The translations under genes were made by a program, and so were the position numbers. A DNA stretch of 64,000 nucleotides from the human T2T-CHM13v2.0 reference genome, Homo sapiens. Below are positions 26,779-40,556 of the stretch, piece by piece. The notes under the pieces are model-generated. The model was given only the letters and a program-made list of their open reading frames with translations, ran no database searches and had not been told where the DNA came from. The stretch's first letter is position 1. Each line of letters opens with the position of its first letter. The stretch lies in NCBI RefSeq assembly GCF_009914755.1, contig NC_060925.1. One strand, 5' to 3'.

Positions 26779-27095
26779 CAGTTGTTCCCAACACTTTTGC
26801 ACCAGGGACCAGTTTCATGGAAGACAATTATTACACAGGATGGTGGGGAGCGGGGTATAGTTTCGGGATAAAACTGTTCCACCTCAGATCATCAGGCATT
26901 AGATTCTCATAAGGAGCGTGCAACCTAGGTCCCTCACATGCACAGTTCACAACAGGGTCTGCACTCCTATAAGAATCTAATGACAGGAGGCTGAGCTCAG
27001 GTGGTAATACTTGCTCACTTTCTGCTCACCTTCTGCTGTGCAGACCAGTTCCTAACAGCCCACAGATGGTACCTGCTGGTGGTTGAGGACCCCTG
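26779..27095 (+). mobile_element. MER1B (hAT-Charlie) DNA transposon
   Basis: 'aaactgttccacctcagatcatcaggcattagattctcataaggagcg'; perfect 8-bp TSD ctctaaac at 26771-26778 and 27096-27103. Confidence 0.92.
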
Positions 27096-28982
27096 CTCTA
27101 AACAATGCAAAGTTTTCTACTGAAAACACCTGCTAATCTTTTGGTTCATTTAAAAGTCTTTCACAATTTCACCTTACTATAGTCTAAACCACTGGTTTAG
27201 AAGGATTTCTAAATTACCTCTAAATTTCTGTTACCTGTTGCTGCTAAACAGATAACAGAAGTCTACCTCTAGAATGCTGTCTCCTTTTTCTTAGGCTAAC
27301 CTTTCTAGCAGAATGTTGGTTGGAGCAACTAAAAAAATAGAGTACTGGGGTACTGGGGCCACATTGGACTTACAGAGCAGACTATATTGTGCTTGTCTGC
27401 TCATAAAGGTTTGTTTAAAAATGTCTACACCAACAATGAAATTTACCAAAAGCTTGCTTACATTATAACTTTGTAGCAAGGTTGTGGTGGAATAGTAGCC
27501 CTTATCAACTTCAAACATTTTGGGCTATTACCTTTATCTATCAAAAAGAACCCAAGATGTACATAAACAAATTGACAGGTAGATTTGCAACAGGCAGAAA
27601 CTACTACCATGGTTAGTCCCCCCCTTTTTTCCCATTTGGAAGAAGGTTATTAATTCCGCTTACTAAAGGTCAGAAGTAGCATTTATAAAAGATTTTGAGT
27701 GGGGCCTATAATGGGTTTTAACATCTGTGAGCACCCATCTGGCTGTTAATATTTTGCTCCTAGTTCACGTTTTGTCTAGTCCTAGTGTGGCATAGACAAC
27801 CTACTCAACCTGAAGTCAAAGGAACCAGAAAACACAATTTTTATTCTTTATCTATTCCTGGCCCACTCTGCCAGCCCCAGATTTCTCTCTTGATGACAAC
27901 CTCCCTTTATTTAATCTTTGAGGAAGGCGGCAATGGGAAGAGGAGGGAGGCAGGTGCGGAACCTCAAGCTCAGCATCTGAGTCAATATTTTGTGCTCTTT
28001 TTAAGTAAGACTATATCACTGGACTATAAAATACTTTGGCAATAACTACATCAAGATGTAAACACGTATTACTGGTGAGTAAGTACACTCAGCTTACCCA
28101 GCTTGGTTATAGAATTAGAATTTCCATACACCTCCAAATGAACCCCTGAAAGCAGGCCTCAGTGAAAAGGAGATAAAACAAAGACTACAACATATGGTTT
28201 ATCTTTTCAGTAATTACATTTTCAAATGTAATCTTATACACTTTTTCCTCTTAAATAAAGTCTTGTTTAAAACCAAATGTTTCTCTGTTAACACAGAGTA
28301 GGCAAATGAGAGTCCACACGTGGATATTGAGATATTCAGTGGTTTCATGGTTTTGAAAAGTTTGAATTAACATGCTGTACTTGTGGCCTCCTGGAGAATA
28401 AGGCTGTGCAAAGGGAAAAGTGGTTAAGAACTGGGCTTGTGTCTTCCACATAGACAAGCTTTTTCAGGCCACACTCAGTTGCAGAATCAGCATTTTCTTC
28501 AGAGGAGAGGGCAACTGTGCACTGTAACATATCCCACATGTCCGTATCAGAATAGCAAATTTCTTGCTCTGGGAAAGAAATCTACCTTCAGCTCGCCTCC
28601 TAAGTAGAAGGCTTCTACAGAATTCTTTATGTGTCTGAAGTCACTCTAAGTGGAAAATGTAGCTGCTTTTAGGTTTTAATAAAGCTAACGTGACCAACCA
28701 TATTTATGAATGATCACATTTGGAGTCTGTTTTCTACTATTCTGGTGATAATATGAGATTACCACACCTTTCCAAATGCCTGAATTTTCTGTTCATGTGT
28801 CAGGAAACATGTTATTACTTCATAGGGAAGAAAAATTGTCTTTGCTAATATAACTTTTTAAGAAATCAGACAGCAACAGGGCAGGAGTCTGAAGGCAGCA
28901 CAGGGCCTTAGAGTTGGGCTAGTGCAGATTAAGCAAGAGAAAGGCAGATGACATTTAGAAGTCAAAGAAGGATGGCAAATAC

Positions 28983-29915
28983 TATGGTTTTCTTTGCTCA
29001 GCCCCTATTTAACCCTCCTTCTTCCTTGTTCCGCAGAGTGAGACAAGCTGAAGTCCACATTTCCCACACTTCTTAGCAACTGGTGTTGCGAATACAAATT
29101 AGATTCTACCAGTCAGATGTAGTTGCCTGAGATTTACAGATAAGGAGGGAAGGCTATTTTCACGCAGATGTCCCTGCTGGCAAACCATGCCATAAAGATG
29201 TAACTATTGAGAGGCCATTTCTTAGTCTGTTTTGTGTTGTTATAGCACAATACCTGACTCTGGGTCATTTACAAATTGAAGAGGTTTATTTGGCTTATGA
29301 TTCTGGTGGCTGAAGAGTCCAAGATTGGGCAGCTGACTCTAGTTAGAACTTCATGCTGCTTCTACTCATTGTGGAAAATGGAAGGGGAGCTGGCCTGTGC
29401 AAAAAGTTCACATGGCAAAAGAGGAAGCAAAAGAAAGAAACCAAGGAAGCCAGGCTCTTCTTAAAACACTGTCCTAAGAACTAATTTACTCACTCACCCC
29501 TGACCCTGTGGGAGGGCATTAATCTATTCATGAGGGATCCGCCTCCATGACCCAAATACCTCCCACTAGGCCCCACCTCCACCACCACCACATTAAGAAT
29601 CAAATTTCAACATGCATTTTGGTGGGGACCAACCATATCCAAACCACAGCAGCTGGTCACTTGCAGGGTTCCAGTGTCAAATAACCAGTCCCATGAATGT
29701 CAGGATGCAGTTAGAGCAGCAGCAGCAGCAGCAGGGACCACAGCAGCACAGCAGCAGCCTGCTGATGCCTTGGCCACAACCATGAATAGTCCTGTGCTGG
29801 GACCTCGACCCTAACTCCTTCAGTTCTTCCACTAACTCTGTAAGCACACAGTTCTCTATGTTAAATCACCTTCTGTCTAAAACACCCACAATGGTTTTGT
29901 TTCTTGCACTTCACT
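28983..29915 (+). mobile_element. LTR33-like ERVL LTR split by an MST insertion
   Basis: 5' 'cagtcagatgtagttgcctgagattt'; 3' 'ctgtaagcac...ctatgttaaatcaccttctgtctaaaacaccc...tggttttgtttc'; contains (CAG)6 at 29717-29734. Confidence 0.6.
29218..29651 (-). mobile_element. MST (B/C-like) MaLR LTR
   Basis: 'cttagtctgttttgtgttgttata...gaggtttatttggcttatgattctg...ccatatccaaaccacagca'. Confidence 0.85.
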
Positions 29916-29953
29916 CTAATTTGGAGAGGACTGGTGATTGTCAGAAAATGATT

Positions 29954-30280
<327 letters not shown>

Positions 30281-30439
30281 GAAAATGATCAACCACAGAA
30301 GGTAAGAAGCCTAAGTCTCAAAATTGATAAATTTTAGAATTAGAAGGGAGTTTACATATTCCTCATGCAGTCCTACCCTCCTCATTTTAAAAGTGAGAAA
30401 TTAAGACCTAGGGAAATTAATTATATGATCTGTAATTAA

Positions 30440-30600
30440 ATGAATTGAGGCTATGTGGTACAAAAGACAAAACAGAGGGCAAGAAATAAGGCATATCTGG
30501 GTTTGAATCCTAGAGCTGCTACCAATTAACCATGTGGCCTTAATTTCTCCAAGCCTCAGTTTCCTTATCTGTAAAATGGGGCTAATTAGACTATTAATTA
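30440..30600 (+). mobile_element. MIR
   Basis: 'ctgggtttgaatcctag...gcctcagtttccttatctgtaaaatgggg'. Confidence 0.75.
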
Positions 30601-32160
30601 TTACTGAGTGGTGAGCACTCAATATCTCATAGATTCTTCTCCTTCTTTTATTCCTTTATTCACAGTCACATGATATGAGTGCCTGGTCAGAAACCAGGCT
30701 TCCTGATTCCTAGAAATACAAAGACAAGTATGAGGCAAGCTCTAAAAATGGTCTTATATCCAAGTGCACTTTTAATCTGTGGACAGAAAAAAAAATAAAA
30801 GAAAAATGAAAATCTGGAAGGCAACACTGAAATCAGGAGAGATACCCAAAGGGGAAAAAACAGCAGGAGGACCAAAGCTGAAATTAGGGCTGGGAAATAT
30901 TACTTCTATTGGGGTAAGATAAATTTTTACTCCAACAGAGTAAAAATAGGACTCTATTGGTAAAGGTCCAAGTGACCTGATGGCAAAATAGAAAATAGTT
31001 AAGTGGGGATAATTTATCAGGAGAGATGGCTGACCATGGTTCAAACCAACAGGAGATTGAGTTGGCAAAAGGCCGATCCAGCCCCTGGTGTTGGGGGCTC
31101 TGCCACACTAGCAAACAGATCAGAATTTTGTAGGTGGGGAGTGAAGAGCAGACATACCTCCCGGGGTTAGGACAGTATAAGGGTAGAAAGCAAGTGAGAT
31201 CCAGACGTTAGTCTCCTTTTAAGTCCTATTCAATCATGCTAGGATAGGATCTACAAATATGCTATAACTGTACCCAACAGAGTCTTAGCAGCAACCTCTT
31301 TACACCGTTCCCAAGGCTCTGAGGCTGGGAGATAAAAACGAATGAGGAGGAATATTGTGTTTACTTTGAAGTATCAATTTAGTAGTGATTGCATGTATTT
31401 CTGTCTTTTTTGGTTGTTTTGTGTTGACCTGCACTTATATGTATCTAACTCACGTGACCCTTAAGACGTTGATGAGATGGGCTGGGACCCTCTTTCCATG
31501 CCCTGTGAAAGCCCCATTGCACCATAAGATGTTTGCAGATTCCCTGGGGTTTATGTTTGCCTAGTCACCTCTTCCTCCAGGCATGTTTTCTTTTGTGGCG
31601 CCTTGCTTCATACAACAAACACAGAAACTCAGTTTCTTCCTTCATTTCCACACAAACTTTCATGAGCACAGTGGGCTCTACTGAAAATCTTGGGGCCACA
31701 GGGACAGGGCATAAGAAAAGATCTCAATGCCCCCAGCCATCCGTCCTGCTCCTCTCACCTTGCTGTCCTTCTCTGATTCCCATCACCCTACCTGTTAAGA
31801 GTTCGGCTCTCCTTAGCAACTTCTCCCAAACTTGTATTTCCAAACCCAAATGCATGAAGACTTTGGATGCCAACACAAACAGATCCAGAGCAGATGAAGG
31901 AGTTTATTTAGAAACATAAAATCAAATAAAAAGTAAAATGGTAAAATAAATAAACCAACACTTATAAATAAGGGAAGCTAGTGCTCTTAGGGAAAATAAA
32001 ACACTCCTCAATCTGGTTGGTTCAATCTAATGGTGAAAATAAAAGTAGGTGTGGAATTATTTAATAATTCAAGTATCTTAGCAATCAAAAGGAAATGAAA
32101 CTCACCAATTAGGCTATCTAGAATTATTTTCATCAGTGCGATAAATTAAAATGGTCGTTA

Positions 32161-32600
32161 CAGTTGACCCTTGAACAACATGAGTTTGAATTGCATGAAT
32201 CCACTTCTATGTGGATTTTCTTCCACCTCTGCCACCCCTGAGACAGCAACACCAACCCCTCTTCTTCCTCCTTTTCCTCAGTCTATTCAATGCAACATGA
32301 TGAGGATGAAGATCTTTAGGATGATCCACTTCCATTTAATAAATAGGAAATATATTTTCTGTTCTTTATTATTTGCTTAATATTTTCTTTTCTCTAGCTT
32401 GCTGTATTGTAAGATTATATTATGTAATACATGTAACATACAAAATATGTGTTAATCAACAGTTTATGTTATTTTAAGGCTTCCAGTCAATAGTAGGCTA
32501 TTAGTAGTTAAGTTTTGGGGAAGTCAAAAGTTATACATAGATGTTTGACTGCTCAGGGGGTTTAATACCCTTAACCTTGGCATTGCACAAGGGCCAACTC
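32161..32600 (+). mobile_element. Tigger2a (TcMar-Tigger) non-autonomous DNA transposon
   Basis: TIRs 'ta|cagttgacccttgaacaaca' and 'caagggccaact'; 'gatgaggatgaagatctttaggatgatccacttcc'. Confidence 0.88.
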
Positions 32601-32659
32601 ATTGAAAATAGCTCTGATGTTTCTCCTTCATTCTCTCCTCATATCATTTTTCTTCTCTG

Positions 32660-33155
32660 ATTCATTTATTTCACAAATATTTATTGAGTACCTAAGGTGT
32701 TCCAGGCACTGTTCTAGACCCTGTAGGTACAGCAGCAAGTAAAACAGACAGGGACCCTCACTTATGGAGCCTGCCTTCTGGTGGAAGAGATAAAGAGTTA
32801 ACACATAAACAGGTACATAAAATAAGGTCATATAATGGTCAGTATTAGAAACAAAGTAAGGCAGGGTAATGAGATAGAGAAAGACTGGAATTGGTTGGTT
32901 CAAGTTGAGAGAAGATGGTCAGGGAAGGTTCTTTAAAGAGGACCCTATTGGACAATGACCTTCTCAGTTAGCAAGTAAAAGGCATGGAGGAGAGTTCCAC
33001 AGCCCTAAGGTGGGAAGAGCAGAGGGACAGCACAGAGGCCAGTGGAGGTCAGAAACAGGGAAGAAGGGAGACGACAAGAGATGAGATCAAACACATAAGG
33101 TGGGTCCAGATCACCAAGAGTCTTTGTGCGCCATGATGAGGAATTTACATTTTAT
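32660..33155 (-). mobile_element. L2a 3' region
   Basis: 'attcatttatttcacaaatatttattgagtacc...ccaggcactgttctag'. Confidence 0.8.
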
Positions 33156-34379
33156 TACCCATCACCCCTACTGTGTTTGAGACCACCTGTTAAACACTTG
33201 TTTGACAGAATCAGACCTATAAGGTTTCTCATTTTTAAAATTAGCTGCAATATAAAGCTTAAAGAATAATATATGACATTATAATTAAGTAGAAGTTTAA
33301 AATAATAAAATCCTAAAGCACACACATGCCTTCACACAACACATTCAAGAAATCTGACCTGTGGTCTATGGGTTTTTACGCATAGAAGGTGTACAGTATG
33401 CCATCAAGCCCCCTTCATTGCCCTTTGCCATCTGCTCCTGCAAAATCTATCTCCATAAACAATAAAAGAAGTCCTTCCTTAAAATACTATGTCCCAGGTT
33501 CCTAATTTCAGACCACAGTTGAAGATAAGTTAAGCACTGGGAAATTCTTTGGGTTTCATCATCTTTTAAAGCCAACAAGAGAGCCCTTCAGATTCTTCTT
33601 TTTCCACTAGGTTCTTGGGTTGACTCTAAAGAGAGTCCATGTGATTTTTGGAAATTTTAATCCTTTCTAACCCCTAGAGATGGGGAGGAAGAATCAATTG
33701 AGTGCCAGAAAAGTGAGCTGAAACGAATTATGTAGTGGGCTTAATAGAACCACCATGTGATGAAATATTCTCTCTCTTTTAATTTATGAAAAGCACTTCC
33801 TGGCATGTTCCACACCCACCTCCCTTGGGGCTTCTTGGTCAACCCATTCAACTGCATCACTTAGGAATTATTTTTTTTCTCCACAGCCAAGGCTATTAGG
33901 GCTACAAGACAAAGATCAGCATCTACATTCCATTACTTCAAAGGGATTTCCCTCAGGAATTCCCTTCCTCCTTTACTCCAATATGATTCTAAATAATACT
34001 TACCCACCCCAGTTTTGAAACACCGTTGAACTTATCCATTTACCCAGTCATTAGAGTTTGAGAACAAGGCTACCAGCTCACAGATGAATTTTTCAAGGAG
34101 TCTCTCCCAGGCTCCACTCCTACACTGAACAATGTCTTATCCCACAGTCAGGATGTAGTTTCAAATAATGTGGAAAAAACCCACCTATGGTGGGATCTTA
34201 GACAATCACTTACTCTCTCTGGATCTCAATTTGTCTGCATATAAGGAAATAATTAAACAGGAGGAGGAAAAAAGCAATATGAGCTAAGATGCTCATTGGA
34301 GCATTAAATATAAGGGTAAAAAAATAGAAACAACTTAGCTTCCAAAATGTTAAAACCATAACAATATTTTACTAGCTTT

Positions 34380-34795
34380 GAACAATAATAAAAACAACTA
34401 GAATTTGTGTAGCATATTACTTTGTAAAATATTTACAAGTACATTGCCTAATTTGTAAACAGCCTAACAAAAAGCAGGCCAATTTATGACTTTTATTCAT
34501 TTTTATTTTGCAGATGAGAAAATGAAGCCTCAAATAAGCTAAGTGAGTTGTATGAGGTTATACAGAGCGGTTACTCAGACACAGCATGGTAGAATGTAAC
34601 TATCATGGAGTTTGGAGTCAGGCAGTGTTGGTCTCTTATATTAGCTCTACTACCATCTAGCATTACTTTTTTTTTGAAGGTTGTTATATAGGCTTCAGTT
34701 TTCTCATCAGCAAAACAGGATGAGTAGGTGTGCAATTAAGCAGGAGAACATATGTGGAATGTAGCATCTAGCATGTAGCTGTGATAATAAATTCT
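34380..34795. mobile_element. Two adjacent MIR fragments in opposite orientation
   Basis: Antisense core 'attttgcagatgagaaaatgaagc' then sense core 'gcttcagttttctcatcagcaaaacagg'. Confidence 0.6.
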
Positions 34796-35199
34796 AGTTT
34801 CCTTTCCCTTCTTTTAATTGTGAATCCCATAGCCTACTAACTATGCCATGCTACAACTGCCATCACTAGAACTGGCTACCAGAGAATTCTACTTTCTCTT
34901 ATCTTCCAAATCTGAGGCAGTGTTTCCTTTATTGATACCCCTTGGCCTAGGGTTACCCACACCCAACAGACAGAAAGAGAAAAATAGCCTTTCCACCAGC
35001 CCCAGAGTCCACTGATCTCATTCCTTCTGACTCTGACTTCTGAATTTCTGCTTGCCTCTTTAAATCTGTGGCACTTGACTCCTTAGTTGAGCTGCCTAGT
35101 GTCAGAAAACAATGGGAATATTTTCACAATTCTGTATGCTCTGAGCTTTCTGAGCAATTTGGGTTAGAGAGTGAGTGAATGGCAAACAAGGGTAGAAAG

Positions 35200-35520
35200 T
35201 TAAGGATAGTAAGTTACCTAGGAGAGATTTACAAGTTTCTCTCCCCTTGAGCCATATGTTCACATTTCAAAGGGTTGTAACACCCTAGGACCTTCCCTTC
35301 TCTCCTTAGAGAAGATTTGCTCACATTAGAAAGCAAAGGTTTTTCTCCTTCTCTCAGGAATGAAGAAAAGACAGCTGTGCTGCTGCTCCCATATGAGCTC
35401 CAAGATTCATAATTTCGTCATGATACCCTGAAGAAGAAATGGACATGGAAAACTGGCACTGAGACATAGATCATCAGTCTGCTGCTGACCTAGAAACCTT
35501 GTGTTTACTGTAAGGATGAA
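35200..35520. mobile_element. Possible ancient ERV1-type LTR remnant (MER90/92-like)
   Basis: 'gagatttacaag...tgttcacatttcaaagggt...gagaagatttgctcacatt' remembered similarity only. Confidence 0.3.
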
Positions 35521-35981
35521 ATAAGTGAATGTAAATGTAAAATATTGTCTCCTAGACTTGATTTATTATCCACAGAAGTCTGAAATATCTTTCAGCTCCC
35601 CTCCTGCTTGACTGAACCTGGGTCATTATCATCTGCAGAGTCATCTCAAATGAATGCATAGGAAACTTCAGTTTGATAGTAGTTCCAGCCCTTACTAGGT
35701 AGAATTGAATGGAAAAGAGAAATCTGCTTGCCTTGAGAACCTGAATTAAGACACTAAACTGAACCTTAAATTTGTATTTAGGGAGGATAGAGAAAGTATA
35801 TGTTGGAGGAAAGCAAAGGGTGAGAGACACCCACAAAATTCACCAGCCACTATTAAACATAAGAACACAACATAGCACTTCACTGTTTCAACTATTTGGG
35901 GCTGCAAAAGGGTCTCTCAGGCCATTCATTCAGTTTTTTGCCAGAGCAAAGGAACTTTCAACAAGATGATGGCCCCAGTAA

Positions 35982-36387
<406 letters not shown>

Positions 36388-39300
36388 CATGTCTGTTTTA
36401 TAATGACCTTTTTGAGTCAAAACTATCTTCATTCAGAAACACACAGGAAGTCAATCTCAGTAGGGTTACTTTCATATTACTCTCAAAGTACCCTGGATCT
36501 GGGTCACAGGGTTAGTTGAGTCAATACAAATGAGCCACCTCAGCAAGATCATCAGTGAGTGAAACAAGCCAACCTATGGCTGATTCACTTCTCTTGATTC
36601 CAATGAGTTCAGGTTCCCAACACAGCCTCGCCCTCAGACTTTAGATTTCTGGTGCCCTTCAGAACAATTCTTTATTGTCCTTTTATATGAAGCCTAGAGG
36701 GACCTGCTACTCAGCTGAATTTCTTCTCTCCAGATCTGAAGAACAATCTGCAGCCTGGCTGGCATCTCTTTGCAATCCACTCTATCTGATCCCACTTCTT
36801 ACCGCTAAATCCAATTAGTTCAGCATTTGACAAAAGTGAAAATTTAGAAAATCTGGTTTGGTGGTTGTTGTTGTTGTTGTTATTGTTTACCACTTCAAAG
36901 GCAGATTTATTCTGTGGCTTTGGACAAGCCACTCAACCATTCTGATCTTTGTTCTTTTAAAACATAAGTAGCCGGCATGGAGTGTCAGCACATAGCTATC
37001 CATGTTTCCAGGAATGGTGTTCAATATATTATGAAAACTCTCTGGAAGGGTTAGTTTATACAAAGCAGGCAAATTCCAACCTTGGAGAGGTTAATCCCCT
37101 CATAAAATAGCATAAAAATACAGAGACACTAAATTTCAAGAGGATGGAATATGACTCTAGCTAGATGTCCTGCCCTAAACCTCAGACAATGTCATGAGCC
37201 AAAAAAACCTCAATAATTGAATGCACTTGGATAAGACAACGACAAAACCAATTTCCTGAATGATGGAAATTATATCTGCCCCCGATGGTTTTTCTCTATT
37301 GCATGATGGCATAGAAACTAGCGGGGAAAAACTATTTTATTGGGTAATGGACCAGTATGCCAATATATCATCCTCACTATTTTTCGATTTCTGAGGAACA
37401 ATGGAAAAGATCAGTGCCCTGCCACTGTGAGGTATCAACCCAACTGAAAATATCAACACATCTAATTTACTAAAAAAGGCTTTTGGACGACAGGAATGAT
37501 CATTGCTGCCCATGGAGTTAAGCAGTTTGGCTGCAGTGAGGAGGACAGGCTGACTGTGCTTATCTTATCTGATTCTGTCATCATTGTAGAGTCAGCTTCT
37601 GCTGGGGGCTTGGAATCCTGGGAAACTGACCTCTTTGCTCTGGGGCTGCTAAATCACAGAAGCCTGTGGGCCCCACCAAGTTCACTTATAAAGAACATCT
37701 AGGCAGTTTTTACTCTTAGTGGGTGAGAAACCGCAGAGAACAGCTTACATCTCAAATTAGTAATGATCATGGTCTTTGTTCTATAAGGCAGGCATCTACA
37801 AATTCCTGCACCCAGCTTCAGTGATTACGCCAGCTTTACTTTTGAAGTAGACAGCAAATGGGTAATCCCATTTGCTTATATAAATATTAGAAGAGTGTGC
37901 TGTGTTTAAGCACAGTGCAAGACTCTTTTATCGGCTGCTTTATAAGCCTAACATTCTCTTCCCACCCAGAATGGCTAGTTAATATACCAGGGCTAAATTT
38001 TTGGAGAATTACTCTACCATATGGAAGTAGCAAATGAAGAACATAAAAAGCAGAAAGAGCTAAGCCCGGGTGTATACTGGTCTCAAATTTACTCATTATT
38101 CATATGAGTGTAAGAAACACAGGGAACAGGAGAAGGTCAGTGGGGTCCATGGAGGCCATTCCTTTCCAATAAGCTCTTTTTTTTCCTAGGGCAGCATCTA
38201 ATTGCTTCTGTGCTGCTTACAGTTGGGCCTGGGATTCTGTTCCAAATATTTGTTACTCTCAGGGAGGAAAAAAAACATGTTGCTGGTGACTGTCCTGTAT
38301 TTCAGTTTTTGAGTTTCAAATACTATTCAAGTATAGTATTATTGCTTTGTACTATAGTACAGTGTTGCTTGCAGACAAGGTCCTAAGCAGGGGAGGGTTA
38401 CAGAGGAGCCTCAATTCTACTTGCCAAGAGGCTCTTCTCCTTTCTAAGTGAGAGAACTAGCTACTTTTAACCCTAAGATTTGTTTGTCATTTTCCACAGG
38501 GGATGTACTACTGGAAAATAGTGGGGAAAAGGGTCAGTCAAGTGGGATAGTTATTTTTTAAAAGAAAACATGCTCCCTGGTTCTCAGGGAAATAGAGGGG
38601 TAGAAATGGCCTGAGTATTATCTACTTTCCAATGATTATAGCTTTTTTTTGTCCCTCCTTCTTTCTTTTTCTCTTTCTTCTATCTGTCTTTTCTTTTCTC
38701 ACTTTTTTCTTTTTAATATCCAGAGCCCACTAGAATAAAGTTGTCTTATCTTCTGGCTCTAAGGAGCTTTCTAGCCTCCTTAGATTAGCTATTGGCCCCA
38801 GCTTGCAGATACCTTCAGGGATCTGGGAACTGAACCACCGTTAGCACCCCAACTTCTTGACACCACACCTTTTAATGCCCAGAGACAGCTAAAATCAGCA
38901 GCTGCTAAAACTAGGGAAATGAGAAAAATAAAACTCTTACTCACCCTCAAGCAACTTGCAGCTTGCTGAGAAGGCAATATTCATGCATATCAAGCAACTA
39001 ATAAAAATACATAACAGTATATTGACACGTTGTGAATAGGCTCTGAATTCAATAGTGTCAGGCCAATCTAAGCTCAAGTTTTAAAGTTCTACAATCAGCA
39101 ACTAGAAAGTTTTCTAAGCTATCCTACTTTCTACACTCAAGGACTTCTATGCTAACACATTCGTCCTTAAAAGACGGTTAAGAGCTACACATTCTTTGTC
39201 TAGTGAATAGAGTTACTAATACTCTGGGTTCATAATTGCATTTCTTTAACTCTTAAGATTCCTTAGGGGATTTCACATCCTGGTATATGCAAGGTACCTC

Positions 39301-40521
39301 TGTTATAAAACAAAAGAATTTTTCCTTTGTGTGTGTATGTGTATTTCAGTGCATCAAGTAATGAAATTGTGCATTTGGGTTGTAATTCTCTCCTTCCTGG
39401 GACTGAACATTAATCATCCAATTAGCTGGTCTGTTCTTCCTCAAAGCAAAGTGTGGTCTATTGAAAGCATTATTCTCACACATGGGGGCTAGACAACTTT
39501 TGACCACTATGGGCTGCCTGCAAAACAGAATGGAGTTTTCAAAGGGTGCTATTCATTACCTCACAAATCCTACAGTATGTCTGCCTTGGGTTTATTAGTT
39601 CAGTGAAATTTTGATGGATTTTAAAATATATATAAATAACTGTAGTAAAAAGCCTGTGCAGCTTTCACCCATACATGAACTGAAGAAACTAATAGGCACA
39701 AGCGCTATGAATACAAACACACCCAACCGGCTTTGTTTGGTGGGATGATTTCACTCTTGGAAGCCCTGCTACTCTTGGATATGCTTTTTTTTTTTCTTCT
39801 AATGTAACAATTTTACATTCAAAAAGGTAGAGCAGAGTGGCTTCTCACTGACTTCTACCTCTATAAATACCTACATGAAGGGAAGCAGCTTAGGTTAGAA
39901 ATAAAACATATAAACTTCAGTCAAAGCAGAGAGATTTATGCGTTTTCTGATGAATTTTATCCCAATAACCTTGATCAAGGAAAGAATGCCAAGTAATATT
40001 TACTGACCCCATGTCCCAGTCGAGATATTAGAAAAACGAAGATAGACAAAAGAAACTTAAAAGTAACAAGAAATGAGGAGGAAGAGTAAATGGCAGAAAA
40101 ATTAAGGGAAGTGAGAAATAAGAAAGCTCTGCATATGTTAAGGAGTTGTCAAGAGCTAACAGTTTCCTAGATTCAGGCTCCATTAAATGTCCTGTATTTG
40201 GGGGCAGGGATGAATTGTATGAATGGCCAAGACCCTGTGGCCAATTCAAGAAAAAAACTTACCTCTAACTTGTTTCCACTGGAAGTAACCTCAGAGAACT
40301 TCCAGTTCAAGCTCATGATTTATAAAATGAAGAAATTATGACTCAGATAAGTAAAGTGGCATTTCAGTGATCTCTCAGCTGATCAGTAGAATAGCTGAGC
40401 CTAAAATCCAGATCTACTTTCTAACCCATTCTTATTTCCACTAAACATCATTCTATATATTTGCTAGACCTGTATAATCTCCCATCATATTGTGTATAAC
40501 CCTTGCCCTTCATCTTCTACT

Positions 40522-40522
<1 letters not shown>

Positions 40523-40554
<32 letters not shown>
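40523..40554. repeat. (CA)16 microsatellite
   Basis: Read directly; continues as alternating tgcacgcac. Confidence 0.97.

Positions 40555-40556
<2 letters not shown>

Noticed and set aside
29717-29758. (CAG)6 and nearby CAG units as a polyglutamine tract
   Set aside because: Short, inside an LTR33-like element, no supporting ORF
31533-31919. 128-aa ORF in non-repeat DNA
   Set aside because: TTG start, no recognisable domain or exon structure; compatible with chance
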